Positions 12,691 to 23,351 of a stretch of 29,619 nt of DNA are shown here, in pieces (within the stretch, counting starts at the first letter, position 1; each line of letters starts with the position of its first letter). The stretch covers positions 31,196,160 to 31,225,778 of the forward strand of contig NC_068984.1 in the NCBI RefSeq assembly GCF_001194135.2. The letters run 5' to 3'. Position numbers and translations under genes: made by a program. The notes under the pieces were generated by a model, which had not been told where the DNA came from, did not search any database, and saw only the letters and a program-made list of their open reading frames with translations. This stretch comes from Octopus bimaculoides (lineage: Eukaryota).

Positions 12691-13349
12691 AACTAATGAT
12701 ACAAAATTATTGTTGTATGGGTTGTTAGTTCATAGGGCTCCTAGTCATTATACAGAATATCCATTACTTGGTATCCTCTTTTCATTCCCTAAAGACTAGG
12801 TGGTCCAGTACTTTAAATACACAACTGATGTATGTCATGACAAGGTAATCAGCAGAACAGAACCTTATCAATTATTTTGACTAGAAATTTACGCAATCTA
12901 CTTACTACACTTCGAAATATATGAGTCTCTTTCCTATAGGTAAGATTCTCAAGTTTATTTCCATACAAGAGTGGCTGAGAGTTAAAGATGAAATTATTTC
13001 TTATTCTATTAAGTATCACTTGGTATCTTCTCTTTATATTACATGGCAGTTCAACACACATACACACACAAAACTAGATAAAATCATTTACATATATTAT
13101 CTAAAAAATATCACTGTAACTCTTTGTTTAAATCTGTGGGTACATCAAATATTTAGTAAGCTTTATCAAAAATAATTAGTAAAAAGATTGCTCTCTGTCA
13201 TTAGCCTGCATTTTTTTCTGAATTCTTTGCTAAACATACAGCTGATGTCTTAATGACTAGGTATTATATAAATGACATATAATGTGAATATATTCAGTAC
13301 TTATAAAAGTAGAAAATGGGTAATAAAGGAAAAAGTAAATCTCTAATGT

Positions 13350-13362
13350 TTGAACAAATGCA

Positions 13363-13416
<54 letters not shown>

Positions 13417-13567
13417 CTACAGGCTTCTTTTAGTTTCCATCTGCCAAATCCACTCACAAGGATTTGGTCAGCTCAAGGCGATAGTAGAAGACACTTGCCC
13501 AAGGTGCTACACAGTGGGACTGGACTCAAAACCATGTTGTTGATAAGTAAGCTACTTACTGCACACC
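13350..13567 (-). mobile_element. tRNA-derived SINE, 5' half with (CA)n
   Basis: Aligns with 7240-7467 (tagtttccatctgccaaatccactcacaag, tagtagaagacacttg, agtgggactg). Confidence 0.8.
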
Positions 13568-13639
13568 CCCTCCTGCACCTACATTTATATCTGCAGCATC
13601 AGTAATGCTTACACCCACAATGCTCATAGCACTTATATT

Positions 13640-15250
13640 TATAATGCCTCAAACACTTTCATGTACAATGCTTCCCCCTCCCCCTAGTAGAGGTAACAAC
13701 CTTAACAATCCTAACACGTTTGAATGACGGTAAGTTAAAGGTAAGAACAACTATCATGACATCTGTTACCAAATGATAACAGGAACCTTCTTGCCAGGTG
13801 CTGAATAACATTTCTCTTTCCTGTGTTACTTCCCGTTTCTCTTTCCCAGTGTTCAGAGTTGGCACTGTAATTGTAGATACATTGAAAGGTATGTACAACG
13901 AGATTGTAGAGATGCTTGAACGGAGACATGTTGATGCATGTTGCATACAAGAGGCAAGGTGGAGAGGAGCTTCAGTCAGAATCCTCACAGGCAAAGCACA
14001 TAGGTATAAACTCTTCTGGGAAGGTAATAGCGATAGAATTGGGGGTGTAGGCATACTTCTTGCAGAGAAATGGGTGGATAAGGTCATAGAGGTAGTGAGG
14101 GTGTGCGATAGTGTACTTAAACTCAGGCTAGTCTTGCAGAATGGTATAGCTACAATTATCTCTGCCTATGGCCCACAAACGGGCCTACCAAGGGAACAGA
14201 AAGATCACTTTTATGATATTCTCCTGCAGGCTACCTCAAAGACGAGTGACAATGATCTCATCTTTGTGGTCAGAGATCTTAATGGACATGCCGGACAGCA
14301 ACCTAGTATCTTCCATTGTGTACATGGGTGCCATGGAGTTGGTACCAGAAACGAAGCAAGAACTAGGCTCCTGGAGTTCTGCAGTGCAAATAACCTATCG
14401 ATCTGCAGCACCAACTTCAGGAAGCCAGCTAGCCACCTGATACCCTATCAATCAGGTGACTCTGCTAGCCAGATTGATTTCGTTCTTGCCAGACAGCAGG
14501 ATGTATGGTTGCTCTTCAATACAAAGACTCTCCCTGGTGAAGAATGTAATCCCCAGCATAGATTAGTTATTAGTGACTTTAGACTCGACGCCAGAAGGAT
14601 GCCAAAAAGCAGAACAATCTGGAAAAAGAAGGACTTGGAAGCTTAAGAACACTTCACATGGTCCAGAGATTTAGGGATATCCTTACCAAGAGATTTGATG
14701 ATAGGGAGGAAGAGCTACACTCCTGTACATAGAAGGCAGCTGGGAATTCTTGTGAGACAGCTTACTGAGCACCACAGACCAAATCTGTGTCTGGTGCAAA
14801 GTTCCTTCCAAACCTAGGGTAACATGGTGGTGGAATAATACTGTAGAGAAGGCCATTAGAGCAAAGAAACAGGCTTGGAAGGCCTGAAATAGTTGGGGTA
14901 GCAAGAGAATGTCTCAGATTATCAAAAAGGAAGCTAGGAGACAGGTATATATAGTCAAGAGAGTAGCAGAAAAGAACAAGGTTGCCAATGTTCAGCACAC
15001 AAAGAACTGATATTTTTTGGATTGCGTGAGAGAAAACCATGATGTCATAGGAGAGAAATGTGTCTGCATGGATGATGGTGACCTTGCATTTAATGATTCT
15101 GCAAAGAAAGAGGCATGGAGATGCTATTATGAAAGACTGCTGGATGTGGAGAATGAATGGGAGGAGGAGAGTCTGCCAAAAATTGACCCAACTGAGAGAC
15201 CAGCTACCCAAATCGACAGTACCCTGGTCGATAAAGCATCTGGCCCATCC
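13640..15250 (+). mobile_element. RTE-clade LINE, 5' half: APE endonuclease and linker, RT absent
   Basis: ORF 13798-14646 carries APE motifs FRVGT, CIQEARW, GGVGILL, IISAYGP, DLNGH, SQIDFVL, QHRLVISDF. Frameshifted downstream linker TWWWNNTVEKAIRAKKQAWK and KKEAWRCYYERLL ends at KASGPS. Confidence 0.92.
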
Positions 15251-15321
15251 TCCAGATCTTCAGTTGCATGCTTGAGCATCATGCTGAAGAAGATACTGAA
15301 GAGGATACTGTATATGTATCT

Positions 15322-15346
15322 ACATATATATATATATATATGTATC

Positions 15347-15389
<43 letters not shown>

Positions 15390-15390
15390 G
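15322..15390. repeat. (TA)n/(TG)n microsatellite
   Basis: Seen directly. Confidence 0.9.
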
Positions 15391-15851
15391 AAGATGTAGA
15401 ATGATGAAATGAGTGACCTGACAAATAAAGAATATGCATATATATATATATATATATAAGCATTGTTGAGATTGTTCAAATTGTAATATGTGATATGCTG
15501 AAGAGTTATGTCTCATATTACATTGTAAGGTGTGTGTATATATATACATACATACATATGCATATAGATATGTGAAGTATGAATTATAATTATGATATAT
15601 GTGGCATTGATACTTTGTATATGAATTTATATATTGTTACTTCTCACTTTATCATGTTTGTTACTACACAGTGTTTTCTTTGTGTGTAAATGTACAGCAT
15701 GACATTTATTTTAGCTTCATGTACCAATGCATGCATAACTATTTGCACATAATGTGTATGTGTGTATGTCTGTGTGTGTGTGTGTATCCTTATCTCTTAC
15801 AAACTTTCCCTATAGATATCATTGTTTTTCTTTTTTTTAATACATAAACAG

Positions 15852-15890
15852 CATGATGTATCTTGCATGAGGAACCAAGTTTATATTAGA
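15852..15890 (+). CDS. Candidate small exon HDVSCMRNQVYIR
   Basis: T-rich acceptor ending aaacag, donor aga|gtaaac, open in phase 0-0. Confidence 0.3.
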
Positions 15891-16640
15891 GTAAACATGT
15901 GTTAAGAAATTTGTTTCGTAAGAAGCTTGATTTTGAGTTCTCTCTCATTGCACACTATCATGAGCAAATTTCTTTCATTGTGGTTTTCTGTATGATGGGT
16001 TATCCAACTTTGTAGAAAGAGTTTCGTTAAAAAAAAAAAAAATTGTGTGGGAATTTAATATATATGTGTATGTGTGTAAGTGTACTAATGTTTTTGTGAA
16101 CATGTGTGTGTGTGTGTGTATACATATGTATTTACACATGTGTGAATGTTTATGTACATGTATATTTGCATAAATGTTTAACTTTTGAAAATATATATAT
16201 TGGTAAAGAAACCAAAGAAATCCCATACTTTTGATTAAAACTATCCTATATGATATCTCCATTGTTGAGGCAGATATTTTCTTCACCATTCCCACAGTCA
16301 AAAATACATTGAACACATGAGAGTTCTATTATAAAATCTGTAACCAAGAATGTTTATTGAACATAAATTATCACATAAAATTAAGAAAGAAGATTTAAAT
16401 GTAACTTACATTAAATAAAGACCTTGATGCATTTATCTGAGATAAATAAGTGTGAAAGAATTATGTTCCAAAACTTAGCCTTAATAGTGAAATAGTACTA
16501 ATAGAAAATGTGATACAAAATATTAAGAACGTATTTTGTAATATAACTGGACAAATATATTAAAATGTAAAGCTGAAAAGAAAAACAACAAAAAAATCTG
16601 AAGGTGAAACATACCCATATGTAGATAAGTTCATTAACAG

Positions 16641-16730
16641 ATTTGAATGAGAATCATCAAAATGTATGCCACCCTGATCTTAAACCTTATATCATAAAAC
16701 ATTTTCTGGGTGACAGGAGTTTCGTTTCAG
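16641..16730 (+). CDS. Candidate exon (D)LNENHQNVCHPDLKPYIIKHFLGDRSFVS
   Basis: Acceptor ttcattaacag, consensus donor cag|gtaagt, open in phase 1-1. Confidence 0.55.
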
Positions 16731-17460
16731 GTAAGTACGATTCGAAAACATGAGAGAGGAAAAGTCATAACACAAATGAATTAATCAATAAAAGTCTGTA
16801 ATAGGCATTTCATCACCTATATAAAGCAAATGTTACAAGTCGAAACTATTTCAAAGTGATGCCTATAAATAATTGTTTCAATTTCATGACATGTGATCTT
16901 TAATTTTAATTGAAGAAATACTATACCACCCATTTCTCTTTGTATAGAAAGAAAGTATACAAAGACAAATGTCTGCAAGTAGACAGAATGGTAAAGAAGT
17001 AATATATCTGTGCAATACAGAAACAAGCACGACTGCTGCACAACTTTAACAAAGATAAAATAGGAAAAAAACAGAAAAAGAAAGGAAAAGAAAAAGAGTA
17101 AATAAGAGAGGAAGGATATAGAAGCAGAAGAACTTTCTATAGTAGAATCAAATATTTAAGATGTGTATACGATAGACATTAGCAATTTATTTATTGAGTA
17201 AATTGTTGTTGTTGATTCTGTAGTTGGTGGCAATGTTCAGTTAGGTTGTGTTGGCATTGTGTTGTTGTTGATATTGGTGTTTTGAATAGGCAATTATTCT
17301 AAACTTACATTGAAAATGACCTTCCAACCAAGAACAATGGCATCAATTTATATTCCCATATAAAGACAGTCATTATTGACAGAGACACAGCAATTTTCAA
17401 TGTTTATGGTTCTGTTTTAACTTGTTCTACTTTAAATTTCCTAATTTGTTAAGTACCCAG

Positions 17461-17634
17461 ATATTTCCATTCACTTCTTGTTTATCATGGAAAAGGTGTG
17501 CAGAGTTCATAGTCTATGCTTTGCTTTCATGGACCAACAGAACAGAGAGTCAAAGAAAAAAACAGTGAAAACCGATGTGGCTGATACTTATTTTAAATAT
17601 TTCAATGCTGAGATATGCAAGGAGAGATCTATAA
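17461..17634 (+). CDS. Candidate exon (D)ISIHFLFIMEKVCRVHSLCFAFMDQQNRESKKKTVKTDVADTYFKYFNAEICKERSI
   Basis: Acceptor gtacccag, 57 open codons in phase with the 16641-16730 exon; the donor position is uncertain. Confidence 0.45.
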
Positions 17635-18332
17635 GTTAATTTGATTTCATGACCTGTATATCTTATTATTAGTTGATTACATAAAAATTCTATTAGTTTC
17701 ATTTTCTCTTTAAAGACCTGCTCAGCTCTATATAAACATCAGTCTTGAATATTTCTGCAAATTCCATCTGGATGCCCTACATCTTTCCCAGTTTGATATT
17801 CTTTCATTCTATATATTCCCTTGCTGACTATGACAAAATGAATGATGTTAAACATGATTACTGACCAGAAAGTCTGAACAGTACACTCGCAAAAAAGAAA
17901 AAAGGAAAAAACAAAGGGACACTCATACCTCATTCTAACCTAATTCTGTCAAAAGTTATCAATGCCTACTTCCGTTAACTTCCAACTACAGGCACCATGT
18001 AGACATGTCAATTTCCATTAGATGAGTTTGATGATACAAAGAAATAAAAGATACCCCAAAGCATAGATTTTAAGTGGTGCTAGATATTTTGTTGTAAATA
18101 ATTTCTGAACGTATGCTAACAATAACAACAATATTTTCAGAAAGGTTTTAATTTAGTTGTATGCATATGTCATGCACGTACACATTTTGTATATACATTC
18201 ATGCAAGCAAACATGGATACATACATACATATATACACACATACATACATACATCATATGTATGTATGTATACATGCAGGTATGTATGCACGTATGTAGA
18301 TGTTTAATGGTTGTTTTCATAGCATATTTCAA

Positions 18333-18407
18333 TTGCCTCGATAACTGAAGAGATGCTGGTGCAGATTTCTGGTCTGGCATTCGAAACTCAGAGTTTTATC
18401 ATGGCAA
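18333..18407 (+). ncRNA. Type I hammerhead ribozyme, Penelope/retrozyme-type short stem III
   Basis: Stem I ttgcc-tc-gataa / ttatc-at-ggcaa; core CTGAAGA 18345-18351; stem II gatgctgg / ctggcattc; GAAA 18383-18386; stem III actc-a-gagt; GTT cleavage triplet 18393-18395. Confidence 0.8.
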
Positions 18408-18431
18408 CCGAATAATTGTCACATATATTAC

Positions 18432-18440
18432 AAATATATA

Positions 18441-18498
<58 letters not shown>
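18432..18498. repeat. (TA)n microsatellite
   Basis: Seen directly. Confidence 0.95.
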
Positions 18499-18501
<3 letters not shown>

Positions 18502-18635
18502 AAATACTGCACATATACATGTATACATGCAAAATTACCCTATTAATGTTGTTGAGATTCCAATGAAGGAGTCTTGGATCTGGATTAGAAACTCGCTCTT
18601 TCTCAATTGCCAAGAAATCTCGAAATAAAATGAAA
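18499..18635 (+). repeat. Interspersed repeat terminus with hammerhead-like fold, copy 2
   Basis: Inverted homologue of 2981-3112; contains ccaatga...gaaa and ends with AATAAA. Confidence 0.7.
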
Positions 18636-18651
18636 TAATGATATACATTTC

Positions 18652-19069
18652 ATCACCATCATCATCATCATTTAATGTCCACCTTCCATGCTAGCATGGG
18701 TGGGATGGTTTCACAAGAGCTGACCAAGCAGAAGCCTGCACCAGACTTCTGTGACTGCTTTGGAAGGATGCTCTTCCTAACACCAACTGCTCAGCTGAGC
18801 AGACTTAGTGCTTTTTACGTGATACAAGCACAAGCAACGTCAGTCTTCGCAAGGTTTTTATAGCTGGATGCCCTTCCAAATGCTAACCACTTTACAGTGC
18901 AGACTGGGTGCTTTTAAGTGGCACCTGCACTGACAGGGTCACCAAGTAATTGCAAGACAAAAAAGAACTCTTAAGTGGGACGAGGCATTGGAGGAGGTGA
19001 TCTTGTGTCGGATGAGGAAAGGTTAAAATGAGACAGACAGACTGAACAGGTGTCTTGCTGTAGAGGAAG

Positions 19070-19103
<34 letters not shown>

Positions 19104-19975
19104 GAGAGAGAGAGATCAGGAATGAAGACAGAAACAAGGTGTGCTACTGCAAAGGAAATACATGGTTACCCAACCTGAGGGAAGTGCAGGAGAAAGAGAG
19201 AAAGAGTGTGGGAGACAGCAGGATAGAGACGGTAGCAAAATGTTGGGCATACTCACAAGGGATGGGGATCAGAATATAAGTGGGATCGTCGAGTAAAGGA
19301 AGAGATGTATAGATTGTGGAAAGTGCCAGGGCATACTCTTGAGGTTCGAATGCCATAATATAAGGGGCAGGATATTGCAAAGGAAGTGTGATTAAAGAGT
19401 GTGGAGGTGGGGGAGGAGTGAGTGGTGAAAACCTGGGTTGATGGGGTTACTGTGTAGCAATGATACAGAGGAACAGGGCCATGAGGACAGGAATGGGGGA
19501 GTCAGAGCTAGGCATAGTGTATGAAGGAGGAAATGTGAGGAAGAGAAGAAATGAGGAGATGTAGATTGGTTTGTTGGGGTAGGGGTGAGTGAAACCTATT
19601 CTTGTTACATGTGGGTGGAACACACAAGCTGGTGGCTAGCAGACAGCAATAATACAGTGAAACAGGGTGTGTGGGTGGAACACACAGATCGGAGGCTAGT
19701 GGAGAGCAATGATACAGTGGCATAGGGCCAAGAAGGAAGAACTGGGGAGTGGGAGGTAAGCATAGTACATGAAGCGAAAATGTGAGGAGGAGAAAGGATA
19801 TAATGATGTAGTTTGGTCTGTGGTAGTAGAGTGTATGAGAAGTTTTCTTGTTAAGTGTAGGTGGGACACACAGTGATTCTAGAAATCGGTTTTGTTGATG
19901 TGGGCGGATCTTCTCTAGAACTTCATATCACCAGACATTTTGGTCCATTGTCTTTTCCTTCATGAGGCACGACAT
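18652..19975 (-). mobile_element. RTE LINE 3' end: last ORF codons, 3' UTR and (GAT)n tail
   Basis: Minus strand reads LMKEKTMDQNVW*YEVLEKI (compare the RTE end LTEEMT.D...W.YAVLEK), then a pyrimidine-rich UTR, gtgccacttaaaagcacccagt, gtaaagtggttagcatttggaagggcatccagc and acattaaatgatgatgatg. Confidence 0.8.
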
Positions 19976-21149
19976 CTATGCATGAATACATCGATGTATA
20001 TATGTTTTTCATTTCAGCTTTTTAATTTTAAGTTAATTTTTATTAGTTTCCTGTCTTGTAGTAAGATTGTCAAAGAAAACATCTTTGATCATCATCATTA
20101 AAATCTATAGAAGGTCTTACAGACTTTTATTGCCCTATGTATGCTATGTATGTATGTATATATGTATGTATATATGTACACATGTATTTGTGTGTATGCA
20201 TATGTATATTTGATGTTTGCTGATTTTTTTTGCATTGGTTATTTTGATAAAGCATTAAAAAAATGTTGAATTAATATTTAATGATATAGAAATATAGAAA
20301 TAGCTAAAGTATTTAATATAGGATTTTTAAAAAACGAAATTTCAAAATGTTTTCCTATAAATACACATACAAATCTTATATGAGTTTAATAGTAATCTCA
20401 TGTATCACACCTAGACATTATTCATAGAACTAGGAAAACTTAAATAAAACATTTATGTTATTTGGTTTCTTATTGAGTAAGAAGGTCAGAGCTTGCAGTA
20501 CAAGAGCATAGACAGTTCCTGTATTTCACCAGAATTTTATTTATCAATTCCATATTATAGAAAAAACAAAGGCCAATTTTGTATGGTTCATATATTAAAC
20601 CCAGAGGGACAAGATTAAGTTCAGTAAGACACTTAGTGAAGCACTTTATTTATGTTAGTTAAAAAAAAAGCACATCGATATTAGTATATTTTTCTTGAAC
20701 CATAGTCATGGCATTAGGAAATGCATCAAATCAGAGAAACTTGACAAAGAAAGCATCTGAGTTCAACATGGTCCTCTAACTTTTCAGATCCTATCAAATA
20801 ATCCAGTCTATGTCTGCCTAGATGACAGATATTAAATGATGAATATATACATATATACATACACACACACGCGCGCGCGCGCGCACATATATACATAATA
20901 TCTATCTCTCTAACTGTCAACTAGTTAATGATTGTTTTCATGTCCAGTTATGATAAAAACATTTTTATGCTAATCTGATGGGTTAATCTATACATTTGTG
21001 GAGTACAAGTTTATTATTCTTATACAATTATACAAGAATGTTGATGAGAGTGGCTTTGAAGTTTCTGCCACCTAATCCATCGTCTGACACACACACACAC
21101 ACACACACAGACACATGCACGCATGCACACGCGCATACACACTGGTAAA

Positions 21150-22075
21150 TGATTTAAGAGAAAATAGGGTATAAGAGATATGAACTGTAGTGTGCAAGAG
21201 AGAACTCTGTTCTGGTATGGTGATGTGATGTGTATGGATGAGGACAGTTGTATAAAAAAACTGTGGAGAGAAGCTGTGGAAAGGGTAGACCCAGGAAGAC
21301 TTGGGATCAAGTGGTAAGAAAGGATCTTCAATGGCTGAATCTCACAGAGGAAATGACAACAGATGGAGGCTTCAAGCAACTTGCTGTGTTTGAGTAGATA
21401 CAGCACAGTAAATATAATCATAGTCATCCATACATAGAGGCATGAACTTTACAGCCATAACACCACCTCCCTCACACACATATGTACACACACACACACA
21501 CATAATTCTGTCCTCCAGCAACCCCTGTGTCCACTACAGGCTGCTAGTTCCCTCACTCTCACTTGCTATCCCTAAATACCTCCACTCACACTCTTACCTA
21601 ACATCTCTATCTCCTCAGTACTATCTATACTTCTTGTCACTGTTCTCTATGAGTAGGCCCTCTTTCTGTCACTCACTCTGACTGTCTCCAGCTTTCTCTT
21701 TCTCCCTCGCTTCCCACTGCTTTGCTGTCCTATTGCTGTAACCAAGTATCTCCTCTGGAGACCCCGAGTGCTGGTGTCGCATAAAAAGTACCTGTGTTGT
21801 TGGTGCTATGGGAAAAAGTACCAGTGCCAGTGCCGTATAATGAAGCACCCAAACTGGTTCCATGAAATAAAGCACGTGTGCCAGTACCACGTAAGGTAGC
21901 ACTCAGGCTGGTGCCACGTAAAATTGCATGTGGTATACTCTGTAAAGTGGTCGGAATTAGGAAGGCCTTAGAAATGTTGCAAAACTGGAACCTGGTGCAG
22001 CCCACAAGCTTGCCAGCTCATGTCAAACCATCCAACCCATACCAGTATGGAAAACAGACATTAAATGATGCTGCT
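21150..22075 (+). mobile_element. RTE LINE 3' end: C-terminal ORF, 3' UTR and tail
   Basis: Frameshifted IRDMNCSVQER, WYGDVMCMDEDSCIKK, GKGRPRKTWDQVVRKDLQWLNLTEEMT; UTR with tandem gtgcc..gtaaaa subrepeats; ends gacattaaatgatg. Confidence 0.88.
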
Positions 22076-22107
22076 GATGATGGTGGTGGTGGTGGTGGTA
22101 ATGATGA

Positions 22108-22139
<32 letters not shown>

Positions 22140-22250
22140 TTGGTAGTGCTGGTGGTGGTGGTGGTGATGATAATTGTGGTGGTGGTGGTGGTGGTGGCGG
22201 TGGTGATGATGATGATCATGAAGTTGATGAAGGTGATGATGATGATGATA
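22066..22250. repeat. Expanded alternating (GAT)n/(GGT)n trinucleotide tract grown from the RTE tail
   Basis: Seen directly; source of the poly-H/G/D/V ORFs. Confidence 0.95.
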
Positions 22251-22913
22251 TATATAACTTGAATGTGAACCATGTTTTACTTGATAAAATAAACACACAC
22301 ACAAGAAAACAAGTAGTTTTAATACATACTTTATATTTTCCTCAAATAAATTTGATCTAAACTGTTTTCAACTGATTGATAACAAATATCATTTCTAAGA
22401 TTGATGAGCTATATTATTAAAAAAAATTAAAAACAGAAAATGTCTATAATTGTATTTATGTATCATTATAATCATGATCATTACTTCCCATTTTATTTTA
22501 ACAGTTATATTACTATTCTTATATAGATTGTAGGAATCTCTCCATACAAATGTAAATTCTTTATCATCTTATACATGATGACTAACATTCTTAATAACAA
22601 CTGAACTTTACTCTTAGGTTCATTCTTGGAATACATCTCTACTCCACCAAATTTCATAATGTTGTATATGTTGGAAATCAAAGTGTTAAGTTGAAGCAAC
22701 AAACCTATAATAGGTTTGAGATGACCCCCAAAGCCTTGAGAAACTGGCTAACAGAAACTGGAAAGTCTGTCAAATGAATTATTGTAGATGTAATTTAATT
22801 GACTAACTTTGACACAGAAGCACCATGTTGAGTTTTCCCAGGAATTACATTCAGAGTACAATTATGTTTGGGATACTCAGTCACTGATACTTTAATGCAA
22901 AATGTATATATTT

Positions 22914-23350
22914 CTTATCTTTCACTTGTTTCAGCTTTTGGACTGCAGCCATACTTGGACACCATGTTAAAGGATTTTAGCCTTTTTGTTATCATATTTC
23001 TGTTGAGAGGCTCTGTGTTTCTTTCAATTAATTTCAAATATAACAAAGAATTTAGTAAAATAACTTAGCTATCATTAAGCTAGTGTTAATAACATAAATT
23101 ATGACTAAGGTTTGATGGAATGTTTTAATTTAGAACTTTTGAAAACAAGACATTTGTATTACAGAGCCAGAGGCGGTTTCAGGTGGGTTGGTATCAAAAG
23201 GGTTGATCAAACAAATTAATTCCAGTACTTCTCTTTTTAAAAAGTCTGTTACTCATTTAACGAGTTGCTTTTGCTGAACTCCTGAGTTACAGGGATATAA
23301 ACAAGCCAACACCAGCTGTGAAGTGGTGGTGGAAAACAAACACAAACACT
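22914..23350 (-). mobile_element. SINE tail (22914-22975) and middle (23195-23350) fragments
   Basis: Similar to 7036-7260 (cacttgtttcag, gactgcagccat, ttttgctgaact, gttacagg, acaaacac). Confidence 0.6.
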
Positions 23351-23351
23351 A

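Noticed and set aside
4583-13567. tRNA genes
   Set aside because: The A/B-box-like motifs are SINE heads; no cloverleaf can be formed. No CRISPR array, rRNA or prokaryotic feature was seen anywhere in the window.
15480-15525. CTGAAGA between complementary arms tgtaatatg / catattaca
   Set aside because: No stem II or GAAA; at most a collapsed relic.
17724-18080. Acceptors at 17724 and near 17992 with TGA-containing frames
   Set aside because: Phase does not match the preceding exon and the donors are weak; too ambiguous to call.
19935-19995. Exon-like segment DILVHCLFLHEARHLCMNTS with AG/GT borders
   Set aside because: It largely overlaps the antisense of the RTE ORF end (LMKEKTMDQNVW*YEVLEKI). 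This shows that open exon-like signals arise by chance here, so the other exon calls are held at moderate confidence.
21878-22360. ORFs with poly-Gly/Asp, poly-His, poly-Val or poly-Thr
   Set aside because: Produced by the (GAT)n/(GGT)n expansion of an RTE tail.
22705-22775. gaaac...gtc followed by tgtcaaa, resembling a hammerhead 3' half
   Set aside because: The CUGANGA core is missing (gagatga) and stem II is not coherent.
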